From Camelus dromedarius (taxonomy: Eukaryota), in assembly GCF_036321535.1 (NCBI RefSeq), contig NC_087452.1, forward strand, positions 40,424,001 to 40,488,000: a stretch of 64,000 bases of DNA. Reading direction: 5' to 3'. Within the stretch, counting starts at the first letter, position 1. Each line of letters begins with the position of its first letter. The notes below the pieces were generated by a model that searched no databases, was not told the origin of the DNA, and saw only the letters and a list, made by a program, of their open reading frames with translations. The position numbers were made by a program, and so were the translations under genes. This document shows, piece after piece, positions 1-11,625 of the stretch.

Positions 1-1899
1 CTGCGACTACGAGGCACTGTTGGTGGCTCTGGAAATGTGAAGATGACTAAAACAAGTCCTGTGTCTTTGAGAAGTGTGTAGGTCCTTTCCTCCTAAGATG
101 GCCGATTTTTGTCTCCCCTAGGGAGATATGATCTAATGGTACCTACTGCTTGGAAGGACCTGATGAGGGTTTCTAGATAGTACCAGGATCTACACCTGCA
201 TTAGGTCTTTGTCAAGAAGGATAAAAGCAGGGGTCCTAGAGCTGTAGCCTCACTCACCAGGGCAAGGAAACAGGGAAGGGTTTAGAGCAGAAACTTAGCT
301 AGAAAAGGGCAGGGTGCAAGCTGGAGGGGCAAAATACGCCCTGTCCCCAACAGACCTTAATCGCAGGGGAGGCTGGACAGCGTATGGGAAGAGAGGTGGT
401 GGACACAGCCCCCAGGAAATCCAGCTAAAGGAGAGGACTGAAATTTAGCGATGCCCCACAAATCACTTTATAACTGAGTCTGAAAAGTTCATTTACATTC
501 ATAACACACATCCTTCTAGACAAAGGAAATGTAAGCCTAGGGAAAGAATGACTCTGCAGGGCTTCTCTTTTTAAAAAACAGGCTAATTTGGTCTTTAATA
601 GGTGTCAACCAAGTTGACAACTGCCCTTTTACAAGAAGAGCTTCACCATCAGTATTCTATAAAGCATCTCTGTCTCTTATCTTCACTGCTCAAATATTTC
701 ATCACCTGTCTACAACTTCCTTACAATGGAAGCAAAGGCCAGTGGAACTGGTATCATCTTTCCTACTTATTCATCATTCTCAAGCTTCTGAGAGTTTTAC
801 TTCTCTTCCTCAATTTATGTTTCTTCATTATTATTGCGCACTCTTTAAACTCAGTACCATTTAACTAAATTGACCAACTGGTGATATTGTGCATTTATTT
901 TGGCTTAACCTTTCAACTAAGGCCCCATTATAATTATCAAATCTAAAATGTGAAAAAAATAAAGAATTTCAATCCAATATAGGAAAGTTTCTAAATTTTA
1001 TCTTAAGTAGATCAAGAGGAAAAAGAGGGATATTTTAATTTTTATTACCATGTGCATATTCATTGTTGAATAGATCATTGCAATAAAACCCAGACCTTAC
1101 TTCCAAAATTATTTTAGATGACATTTATGAAAATGAGATTTCAACTACTTTGCTGGACAATCCTTTAAGCACCCTGCCTAATGCATTTTAAAAAAGCAAC
1201 AGGCAAAGCAAAAGAAAACAAAGCAAATCTCACGCAAGCTTTTTTTTTAATGGTCCTGTTGTGTGCAGGAAGGAACCTGCCATCCTCCCCAAAACCACCC
1301 CCCAAACTCCCCTAAGGCCAATTAGCCAATTAGGAGAACAATGTGCCGTTCAGTCAGTAAACTGCAGCCTTAATATTTAAGAGCCAGACTTCTAGTTTCT
1401 TGTCCAGCAGGAAAATCCCAAAAGAACACATTTTTCACCGCATTTATTCATCACATGCTAAACCGACCCAGAACAAATGTACAAGACCTTCCATTGAGCC
1501 GCTTGTGCTTTCCTATTAATCTGTCTCAAAAATACTTTCACTGCAAAGGATTTGTAACAGGTTATCACATGATCACAGAAGTGTTTTTCTCTTTAAAGGT
1601 CTTGCGTACTTACTTGTAAACCCCAATATTATAAATTATCATTTAAATAAGTATGCTTAGTGTGTAAAGGAAACTGCCTATTTTTGTAAAGCAAAATGTG
1701 TGCGTATGTTCACTAAAACATTATGTACACACATATATGCTTATCTGTGTGTGTCACACACAGTAGTACATATCTACCTATCAGTGTGTATCTAGAGGGA
1801 CACACAAATGCTCATTCACAGTGTAACATATATATGTACACACACACGTATGCATACATACATATACACATATACATATGTATTCATGTACATACAGTA

Positions 1900-2150
1900 C
1901 AAAGTAATGGTCAAAAGTATGGACTCTGCAACCAATCTACTTAGATTTAAATTCCAGCTCCACATAGTAATGAAAGCAAGTGACTTAACCTTTGAGTGCT
2001 TCAAATTCCTCATCCTAAAACAAGGGTGATATTTATGTCTATTCCACAGGATTGTTATAAGGGCTAAATGAGTGAATATATGCACAGGTCTACACAGAAC
2101 TTAGAACAGCATCCAGCCCATGGAAAACGCTATGTAAACACTTGCCTGTA
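1900..2150 (+). mobile_element. MIR SINE remnant
   Basis: MIR-like core ('gcaagtgacttaacctttgagtgcttcaaattcctcatcctaaaacaaggg') and 3' part ('ttgttataagggctaaatgag...cttagaacagc'); recognised from recalled consensus. Confidence 0.8.
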
Positions 2151-2639
2151 ATTGATCTATGTGTATTTGTGAACGTAGGTCAGGTATAAATGATGACCCT
2201 CTCCTGTGTCTACATCACACATTTGGATTTTTGTATGTTAGATTTTTCTTCATGTGGAATATACGTAGACACTTAAAGATGGTCAGGAAATTAACTCTAA
2301 TTCTGCTAACTTTTCTTCTACCAACGGTGCTTCTCCAGGCTAAATAAATCTAACTTCTGACTTTTGCCTCACATGTTTTATATTCCAAACTCGTCAAATC
2401 TTTTCGTCCATTCTTTTCTTGCATCTTCCTAAGTTTTACACATCTCTAGAACTCTTAAACCGCAGAGTGTTCTCAGGGTTCTAACTAGGACACGATCATG
2501 TGACTGTGAAGCCTTCTCTGGGCCTGTGAGTTCTTCAAGCAGGGCCGAGACCCGCTCCGGTTCCTGGGTCTCATCCCTGAGTGCCTTATAATTGGCTCTG
2601 CCCAGAAGGTGCGTTCGTTCAGTATTACCCTGGCACCAG

Positions 2640-2811
2640 AAGGTTGGCCACCTGGCTGCACGTCAAAGTCACCAGGGAACCTTTTAAGAAATACCAACAC
2701 CTAGGTACTCAAAGCAATTAAGTCAGAGTCTCAGGGAGGAGGTGGCTATACACTGCTATTTCTTTAAAGCTCCTATGTGGGTCTAAAATGCAGTCAAGGT
2801 TAAAAACTAGT
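2640..2811 (+). mobile_element. MER5A1-like hAT-Charlie non-autonomous DNA element
   Basis: 'cctggctgcacgtcaaagtcaccagggaaccttttaagaaatac...aaagctcc...tctaaaatgcagtcaaggttaaaaactagtg' follows the MER5A1 pattern. Confidence 0.75.
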
Positions 2812-4289
2812 GCCGTATAGAAAGGACATCACCATCAAACAGATGTCTCTATCTGTGCTCTGCTGCAGGTAAGGTGCTAGCATGTGCATTCTCGTAGAAT
2901 GAGGGTGGCAGCATCTCCCACCTCCTTCTCAAAGAAGGTCAGTGGATAGTCCTGAGATCTGCATATTGGCTACCATCTACCCTTTAACCATGTTGCCCTT
3001 GTGTTCCTTTGTTTTACACCACCACCCACAATGAGATTATTTTCTAAGTGCTAATCCTCTCAGAGACCTGGGACAACCCACTGCTGTAACACCACTCCTG
3101 TAGATCAGCCCCACTGTGTCTGCTCCTACCTGGCATAGTTCAGAGAGCTCCCATTTGTAGAAGAGACTTGCTAATTCCACTTCTCTTTGGATAGACAGTG
3201 ACGGTGGAAAGAGCATCCACCCCCGGGTCTCCTACAGCTACAACACCATCAAGTGTTTCCACATCCTGTGTACATTAGAGTTAGGACAAAGGTGGCTAGG
3301 AGCAGTGGTGTGTCTTGTATTGTCATCTTTGCTGAAGGAAGCCGTGAACACGGAGATGTAACGTAATACAGATCATTCTCAGCCCAGCAAAGCAGTTACA
3401 CCCGTGACACAATCAGCAATGACTCTTTAGGTACCAGGCTTGAGCCCTGAGAGTTATCGTGGGAAACAGGGGAGTGGAAGGACCCATGCACCCTTCTCAG
3501 TATGCCCTTCCTGGAACCTTCTCTTGGGATCTCCACTCATATCTCAAGCACCACCTACACTAAGATTCCTTGCAGCCCCTGAACACGAAGACTTCCTTCA
3601 AGAATTTATCCCAATATCTCTTCCTCTCTGAGAGCCTCCCTCATCTTATTTTTCTCAAGGAAGTTTGGCCAAATGAGACAACCCTCCGAGTGGCCATGAC
3701 TCTTGGTTGTCGACAAAACTCTGTAAGAGCTTCTCTCTCGGTGTGGTCTTTCTTGGTGTGTTAACAGATGTGCGTGAAGGAATGGCTTCCTTTTCATGGG
3801 TGACTTTTCTTTTATTGGATGTTTGATTCGTCATGTAGTTAAGATACTGTTCAATTGTTCTGATGACCTAAAGGTTAAGAAAATGGATGGAGTGATCCTT
3901 GATGTAGATTCAGGAGAGGGTCGTGTTGTCCAACAGCAGGCTGTGGGCAGGTGAGCGGAGAGGGAGCCAGGCATCTCATCCTCCAAGTAGCCTATTCCTT
4001 TGATGCTGCAAAGGCAGAATCAGTCTGGGTAAACTGGAAGGCCCTGCAACTCCTGCCCTGTTTTTATTCATTGCCCTTTTGTTTTCTCCTACCATTTAGT
4101 AGATTTTAAACTAACTCTCTTTTCCTAACTATAAAAATAATACATTTTTCTGGTCCTTGTCATACATGCTGGCTTGTTTGACACCATCTCTGTTGGCATC
4201 TGTTGTCCTGGGGTAATTCTTAAGAGCACTGCCATTCACTTTCAGAAATACCCCTGTTTGAGCTGTAACTGATATTGCCACCCTCCCTG

Positions 4290-4465
4290 GATTGTACACA
4301 GGTTGTCTTGTGTACATCTGATTACTTTCTTAGGAAAAATTCCGAAAGGTAGAATTTCTGGGGCAGAGATTATGAAGGTATTTCAGTCTTTGATACGTTA
4401 TGCCCTTTGATTCTCCAGAAAAGTGACAACCAGTTACATTCCAACCAGCAGTTCATGAGAGCCTG
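4290..4465 (-). mobile_element. Old L1 (L1M) ORF2 3' fragment
   Basis: Antisense L1 motifs 'tttcttaggaaaaattccgaaaggtagaatttctggg' and 'cagttacattccaaccagcagttcatgagag'. Confidence 0.6.
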
Positions 4466-5799
4466 TGATACTGTGAGATCGGAGTTTGGTTTTTAAAGTC
4501 AATATGCTCAACGCCAACACCAGTGTAACAACTTCAGAAACGAAGACATTTCTATTGTCTCCCAACTAAAATGGGAGAATTAACAACTTGTGTTTCCTCC
4601 CAACTTTGTCCCGATTCCCATTATTCATAAGTATCCTCTGAGCTGTTTCTGTGAAAGATAAATTGTTTTCTACATCATTTATCTTTTCATTTAAGAAGTA
4701 TACATGTACATTTTATTTGTAACCAATATTATAATTAGACTATCATGTGTATGTTGATTGTATATTAATTACACATATTAATATATATTATATATTTATA
4801 TAGTAAGATTAATATATGTCTGTATATCATACATAGGTACACATTTATATATAATAATACATTTAAATGGAGTCAAGACTTCCCGTGCCCTTTAATGCCA
4901 CAGCTTCTCTGTTTCCTTTTACTTTCTTTTTTCCCTCTCCCTCTTCCTTTGAAAGGGCCGGGTTCTACCTTGAAATAAATTCTTTAGTTAGGGAGCATTG
5001 GGTTTAGTTTTCCTGGCATATTTGATCCCATATGCCTCAGGTCTTCTATAATGGATGGACTTGTTCAGGGTGGAGTCAGAGATTTCCAGTTTTCTTCCTC
5101 ATCTGCCTGAAATGGATAAAAATGGAGCTTTCTGGGCAGCCTGGCTTTTGGAGCACAGATGCATTTACTGGAGTTCATTAGAATCATAATAGAACCTCAC
5201 CTGCTGTTTCTTCTCTGCCTCTCCTGTTTTTCAAGACAGGACACTCCTTTGGTTGGAGTTCCACAATCTTGGGGAACTGTGTCTTTTCAAATCTCATCCT
5301 GACGCTTGGCCGTTGCAGGCTCCCATCATTTAGTTTTGTTGCTGACGTCCCTGCTTGTTACTGAAATTAGAAATTGGACATTCCTATCTGGGCTTGCTGT
5401 TTGCCCAGTAATTAATAATGTGAGTGGTTATCCTTAGCCATGCCTTTGCCGACCTTCTCCACACCTCTTTGGGTATGGATATGGATGGTTGGTACTCCTC
5501 AGCTGTTTGGTTGTATATCCATTAGGGAGTGTAAGGGCTTGGAGCGGGGAGCGGGTGAAGGGAAGGACTTCCACATGGAGAGGGCTTCCACATGCCCGTG
5601 GATGAAGGCCAACTGCCACCACTGCCTTTGAGACTTTCCAGTGAATAAGTAAACCATCAAATGAGAAACAGCAGCAACTCACATTGGGTGAAGACAGATG
5701 AAATCTAGTCTTAAGCCTCAGTGAGGCATTCGGTACCATGCAGACCCCAGCAATGCGTCTGATTGTTCTGTCTTTTCACGACTGTGTCAGTAGTTCTGT

Positions 5800-6160
5800 C
5801 AGCTTTACTGAGGTGTAATTTACATACCACTGCATTCACGCATTTTACGTGTACAGTGATTTTTAGTAAATTTACAGAGTTGTGCAAGCATCACCACAAT
5901 CCGCTCTCAGAATATTCCTGTCACGCACCCCCAAATCTATCCTGCCCATTTATAGAGATTGTCTATAAATTGTTCTCACCCCCAATTTCCAGCAACACTA
6001 ATCTTTCTGTCTCTAGAGTCATTTCTGGACATTTCCTGTAAATTGGATCAGAATACGTGATCTTTTGTAATTGGCTTCTTTCACCAAACGTAATGTTTTT
6101 GAGGTTATTCATGTGGTAGTCGGTATCCGGTCCATTTTATGCTGAACAGTATCCCCTAGT
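5800..6160 (-). mobile_element. L1MB/MC-type 3' end
   Basis: 'agctttactgaggtgtaatttacatac...tttagtaaatttacagagttgtgcaagcatcaccacaatc...tggacatttcctgtaaattgga' is a typical antisense L1M 3' UTR. Confidence 0.85.
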
Positions 6161-6829
6161 TTGGTTTTAACAGCCATATTTTTTGAACCGCTAAGTGAGA
6201 TGCATTATCTGACGAAGACTGCTTTTCTGATTTGCAGGGAGAATGAACTATTTTAAACTGAGACTGGCTTAGGCAGTGGCTGGAGATATGGCATGAGAAC
6301 AGCCTTTCCCTTTACCCCCGATAAAGTTTGACATGCGTCTGCTCCAAAAAATTAGTGTTGCCATTTGGACAGAACTGTTTGGCCAGATCAGATACATTTG
6401 TATGCCAGTGCAGCTGTCATGGGTGAAGATAGGGGACCAGGACAGCAGGTGATTTGTATAATTCTTGGACCGGTTAGAACCAGCACCTTTTAAGACACAC
6501 ACGGACACACCCTCCTAGACACACACACACAAAACACCAGATACACGTACAAAGACACACCCATGGAAAACAGTAAGTCCACATCCACACAACACCAAAG
6601 AAACACACAAAAGCATTGGCTTCCTTCCAGTATTTCTCACTCACAATGCAGAGTATCTTGATTTCATTTAAGATGAAAATCATATATTCTTTCTATTTCA
6701 ATATTGTTAATGACAAGAAGATACTGGTCTTCTTGGGTTAATAAAGTTCAAATAGTTACAAAGAATTAGCTTTATGAACTGAAGATCTCAAACTATGGAA
6801 ACCTTGACCAAATAAGCCATAACCAGCAA

Positions 6830-7490
6830 TTTATCCAAATTGCAGATTTTATTCAGATTTCACCAGTTTTCCCACTAATTCATTTTTCTATTCCAAGAGC
6901 TCATCCAGGACACCACAGTGCATTTGGTCATCGTGTTTCCTTTGTCTCCTCCAACCTGTGACAGTTTCTCAGTCTTTCCTTATCCTTATTTTTCGTGGCC
7001 TTGACACTTGAGAGGAGTACCTGTCAGGTGTTCTGTAGACTGTTCCTCCATTCGAGTTTGTCTGGTGTTTTCTCATGATTTGACTGGGGTTGTGGATTTG
7101 GAGGAAGAAGACCTCAGAGGCCATGCTCACCACATCACATCAGGGGTTACATGAGAGCCACATGACTTGCCACCGGCGATGTCAACCTTAATCATGTGGT
7201 TAAGGTGCTGTCTGCAGGAGTTCTCCACTGTAGAGTCATTATTTTTCCATTCTCCGTTGGAAGCAAGTCATTAAATCCAGCTCACGCTTAAAAGGAAGGA
7301 AATTAAGCTTCACCTCCTGGAACCGGGGAGAGACCCCACATTCATTATTTGAAATTCTTCTGTAAAGAACTTTGTCCCTTCTCCTTCATTAATTTATTTA
7401 TTCACTCAGTTGTTCATTTATGTCAGTCTGACTTTGTGAATATGTATTTTATTCTTTAGATTATAATCCAATTTATTACAGAAATTTGAG
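6830..7490 (-). mobile_element. L1MC4-like 3' UTR
   Basis: 'catccaggacaccacagtgcatttgg...tgtgacagtttctcagtctttcc...gatgtcaaccttaatcatgtggttaaggtgctgtctgc' matches the recalled L1MC3/4/5 3' end. Confidence 0.8.
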
Positions 7491-7769
7491 TTTTGTTATT
7501 TTCAAATGTGTCAACATTTTATCTATGTCTTCTGTGTTTCACATCTTATTAAGGATGGTTCCTCCCACCCAAATAATTAATAGTACTTCCTTTCAGTTTT
7601 CCCTTTGACATTTAATTACCTAATCTAATGGTAATTCAATTTTGGGTGTAACAGGAGACAAGGCTCTAAATTTGTTTCTTCCATATTTGCATTCATTTGT
7701 CCTAACTTATTAACATTCTTCTCCCTTAGCTTGAATTACCACCATTATCATGCGTTAAGCCATGGGCTC

Positions 7770-7771
<2 letters not shown>

Positions 7772-7842
<71 letters not shown>
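7772..7842. repeat. Compound microsatellite (TG)16(AG)19
   Basis: Counted directly in the sequence. Confidence 0.99.
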
Positions 7843-7844
<2 letters not shown>

Positions 7845-7961
7845 CATTATTTCTTTTCTTTCTATCAAAATTCTACACTGGTTTAATGCTGTTGCTTTAT
7901 AGTATGTTTTGGTATCTGGCAAAAACTCTTCCATTTCTTTTTTCTTTATTTTTTCAACATA

Positions 7962-8255
7962 ACCAGACACAAAAAGGCACATACTGCATGGTTCCATTTA
8001 GATGAAATGTCTGGAACAGGCAAATTCATAAAGACAGAAAGTACGTTGGTGGTTGCCACGGACCAGGGGAGGGACAAGTAGGGGAGTGACTGCTAATAGG
8101 TCTGAGGTTTCTTTCTGGGGTAATGAAAATGTTCTGGAATTAGAGAATGGTAAATTGCACAATTTTGTCAATACACTAAAAATCACTGAATTGTACACTT
8201 TAAGATGATGAATGTTATGGTTCATGAATTATATCTCAATAAAGCTATTATTAAA
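7962..8255 (+). mobile_element. L1MB-type 3' end (sense)
   Basis: 'agacacaaaaaggcacatactgcatggttccattt...gaaaatgttctggaattaga...gaattatatctcaataaagct'. Confidence 0.85.
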
Positions 8256-8264
8256 ACTGAAGCT

Positions 8265-8425
8265 GAAAGTAGGTATAGAGTTTCTGTTTGGGATGATGAA
8301 AATGTTCTAAAATTAGATTTGGATGATGGTTTCATAGCTCTAAATTTACTAAAAACCTCTGAAATGTACACTTTAGCAGGTAAACTTTATGTTTGTAAAT
8401 TTCATAGCAATAAAGCTGTTCAGAA
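8265..8425 (+). mobile_element. Second L1MB-type 3' terminus, directly after the first
   Basis: 'gtttctgtttgggatgatgaaaatgttctaaaattagat...tgtacacttt...caataaagctgtt'. Confidence 0.75.
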
Positions 8426-9199
8426 ATATGTGGGTAATTTTTGCTAATTTTGTCATTGGATAAACTTAAGACAAACTTGGGAAATTAAATACTTTAACGG
8501 TTTTGATTAATATTGATTTTGCTTTGCATTGAATTAAATCATGGGTTAAACTGAAAAGAACAGTTGACTTTTACATCATGGGGTTGTCCCACTGAGATCA
8601 TGAAGGTTTGTGTCTTTCTGGTTAATTATCGTTTCCTTCATACAAGTCTTGCACATAGTCTGAGTGTTGTTTTTGTTACAGCTTTTATTTCCTTTGTGAC
8701 TCAATCTCTTTATTACATTTTCTGATGTACAGAAGACGATTTTAGATTGTTGATTCTATTTCTGGCTACCTTACTGAATTCTTTTATTGGTTAAAGTGGT
8801 TTTTCATTTGATTCTCTTGAATTTCTAGGCACATAGTCATATCATCTACACATAGAGTTTAATCTTTTCAGGACAATATTTATAGCTCATATTCTTATAC
8901 TATTGCAATGACAAAGGTCTATATTATAATCTTGTGTGTTAAATGGAAAAGCCGGCCTCTCTCTCTTATTCCTTCTCCTTTACATCTGCTATTTAATCAA
9001 GGTACTTTCTTAAGCAAAAGTAGCTTCTGCATATCTCCCATTGTAAAGATATTTATTTTTTCCCTTCGCCGCTGAGTAGTTTATAGGGAGATAATTTGAA
9101 TCCATTTGAATATTGTTTCCCAAGAACTTGTCACTTAATGAGGTTAGTATCCATTGATAATTCTTGCCTGAATCAATTATTACATAGAGTTTGCAAAGT

Positions 9200-10400
9200 C
9201 ATTTTCCCCCTTCCCCTGCCACCACCAATTTTATTAATCCCTGTACATCTATTAGCCAGCCTTCTTTTGTAAAGAGTTTCCCCCTATGTTTCTATTTTTG
9301 GGTATCGCTGTGGACTCAGGGTTCTTTTCTAATTCAGCACATTCTGATCCATCACGTACTGTCATTATTCTACTTGGTGCTCAGATTGTCCTGTATTTGG
9401 CCAAGTGTGTCCCTTGGAGTTAGCTCTTACTTCATTTTAGCATGACTGTCATTCTTTGAGCAGTTTCTTGGTTTTTGGCACAACATAATGTTCACTGCTC
9501 GTCTTGGATTCTGCTAGTCCCAGCCCTGGAATCAGCCATTTATTTCTCCAAGGGCTTCTGGTTTCTTTTATTAGAAGATGGTATTTAGAAACTGAAATCT
9601 GGGTATTGGATGTACTCATTGCTACTGCTGGGTCATAGCTTCTAGACTCGGTGGACGGCGCTGGGAATCGTATGCGCGTACGTGTAAATATACATCCGTC
9701 TGTCTGTCATCTATCTAGCACTATGTTAGAAACCGTGAGTTTGTGCTGGTGTTTTCAATTTCAATCCCAAACCACAGATTTAATTTTATCTTCCCCATCC
9801 TTAATATATTCACTTATTTTCTCAATCTCAGAACGTATGAAAAGTTGTTTTAGATAGAGTTGCTAACACACACCACGGTGGGGTGGGGCTCCTACTATCT
9901 AGAGCTCAATATTCGTTTAAAGTTCTTTTTTAGTTTAGTCTAAGGCATAGAGTCAAAATACTGGGTTCCAAGTTATGTGGGTTATTTCTTTTTATTTTCC
10001 CTTTCATTTTGGTTATGCTATTTGTTTGAAATATAGGTAAATACTTTTTTTTTTTTTTTTTTTTTGGTATTTAGAGTTTCCCTTCTCACTCCCACTGGTT
10101 TGTTTTTTTTTTTTACTTTTTGTTTATAAAACATGACCATGGTTCCAAACACTGAAACTGCATAAAGCCAACTACTCAGAAGAGTGTCAGTTTGTGCAGT
10201 TGGGGGCAACTTTGCCACCCAGATCCCACACACTTCCTTTAAGTAAACTGTCTCATTCAGTTTTGGTTTATCCTTCTTTGAGGTTTCCTTTTGCAAAAAT
10301 AAATAACAGGTTCATGTATATTGTCTTACTTCATTATTTTTCTCATACAAAAAGAAGCATACTATATATAGCCTTTTTGTTTCATTTGCTTTATTCACTT
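9200..10400 (-). mobile_element. L1MC/ME-type 3' UTR fragments
   Basis: 'gtgctcagattgtcctgtatttggcc', 'cccagccctggaatcagccattt', 'tatttagaaactgaaatctgggtattggatgtactcattgctactg'. Confidence 0.65.
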
Positions 10401-11167
10401 TAATAATATTCTATACTACATTATTAATGGTAATTGCATTTTAAAATGTTAAAACATGGGTTCAGAGAAGTTAAGTAACTTATCTAGATTTATGAAGCCA
10501 AGTGGAGAGACTGGGAAAATACATTTGTACCCTGTTACTTTCCATCTTTCTTCTGATCTTTTCTATTTTGCTTGTAATTGGTTTGTATTTCTTAATATTA
10601 GAGTTAAGGGGCAAAAAGAATATTTACCTTTTTTTTTTTCTGGAAATATTACTGCTTCCCAGGAAGCGATCCCAGCTTTGTTCAGACAGGTTGATGATAT
10701 ATTTAATAGGTGTTTGGAATAGCTCTAATATTTCCTGTTGTAGCAAAGCTTACATTCAGATTTTTTCTTTTTTGAGAGTTGAAAATACTCTGCATGATTA
10801 TTTGCTTCCTTTCCATCCCACAGTCCTTCTGTTTATTCCTACTTTAGGCTTCCCAGCTGAGACGCATATTGCCTTCAAAATCTTTCGTTTAATATGTTAG
10901 GGAGTTGACATTACCACCCAAATCACAGCAAATGAAGCTATTATATGGTTTCTCCTTTTTTTTTCTTCTAACAGAGAAAAATATATTGTTTGCTCTGTTT
11001 ACAGAAAGGGACACAGGTGGCAACACTTTATTTTACTAATATGAAATTTCATATAAATTATCCATCAATCACAGAAATCATTTGAAAGGCTCAGTTAACT
11101 TCAGGCTCCGGGTACCCACCTCTCAGCTCAGTCCTCAGAGCTCCTGCCATGCAGTTCTTTAGCTAAG

Positions 11168-11220
11168 AGCTCACTGCTTTCTTCACTGCTTAGCTCACTG
11201 CTTTCTTCACTGCTTAGCTC
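11168..11220. repeat. 24-bp tandem duplication, 2.2 copies
   Basis: Unit 'agctcactgctttcttcactgctt' at 11168-11191 and 11192-11215 (identical), plus 'agctc'. Confidence 0.95.
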
Positions 11221-11314
11221 AAAAGACCCTAATGTAACCATAGGAAGCCATTGTACCTGTAAGGTTTAAATTAAGGAAATTGAAGGGAAATGCTTATGCA
11301 TAAAAGGACAGGGA

Positions 11315-11625
11315 ATGCAATGGAATACCACCCAGCAATAAAAAGGATATGCTACTTATACTTGCAGAAACAAGCATAAATCTCAGTGAATTATGTTGAA
11401 TGGAAAAAAAAAAACCCACCAAAAAAAAGCATATGTTTATACGAAGTTCAAGAACAGATCAGAGTAGTCTGTGAGGACAGGAATCAGAGGAGTGGTTACT
11501 TCTTAGGGAGGGGGCTGCAGGGGATATGTGGGAGGGGCATGGGGGAACCTCCTAGTGTCATAACTAGAGAGTATACTTAATACTTGTGCACTTTATTATA
11601 TGTGAATTAGAGCTCAATTTTTTTT
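11315..11625 (+). mobile_element. L1MC/ME 3' end (sense)
   Basis: 'aatggaataccacccagcaataaaaagg...aatctcagtgaattatgttgaatgg...gagtggttacttct'. Confidence 0.7.

Larger units (their letters stand above)
7490..8930 (-). mobile_element. Degraded L1M ORF2 region, interrupted by a microsatellite and two sense L1 3' ends
   Basis: T-rich antisense ORF2 motifs ('gctttatagtatgttttggtatctggcaa', 'ggctaccttactgaattc', 'tttctaggcacatagtcatatcatctaca'). Confidence 0.65.

Noticed and set aside
600-1080. Possible hAT-Tip100 (Zaphod/Arthur-like) transposase N-terminus on the minus strand
   Set aside because: Only a vague K/E-rich resemblance needing several frameshifts; no TIR seen. A Dfam search is needed.
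3194-3220. 'GGKSI' match to cyclophilin A (PPIA)
   Set aside because: Only five residues; the flanking sequence does not align to PPIA.
4690-4865. AT-rich quasi-palindromic tract (similar low-complexity tracts at 1720-1890, 6500-6610, 16555-16625 and 63010-63055)
   Set aside because: Ordinary degenerate microsatellite or low-complexity sequence.
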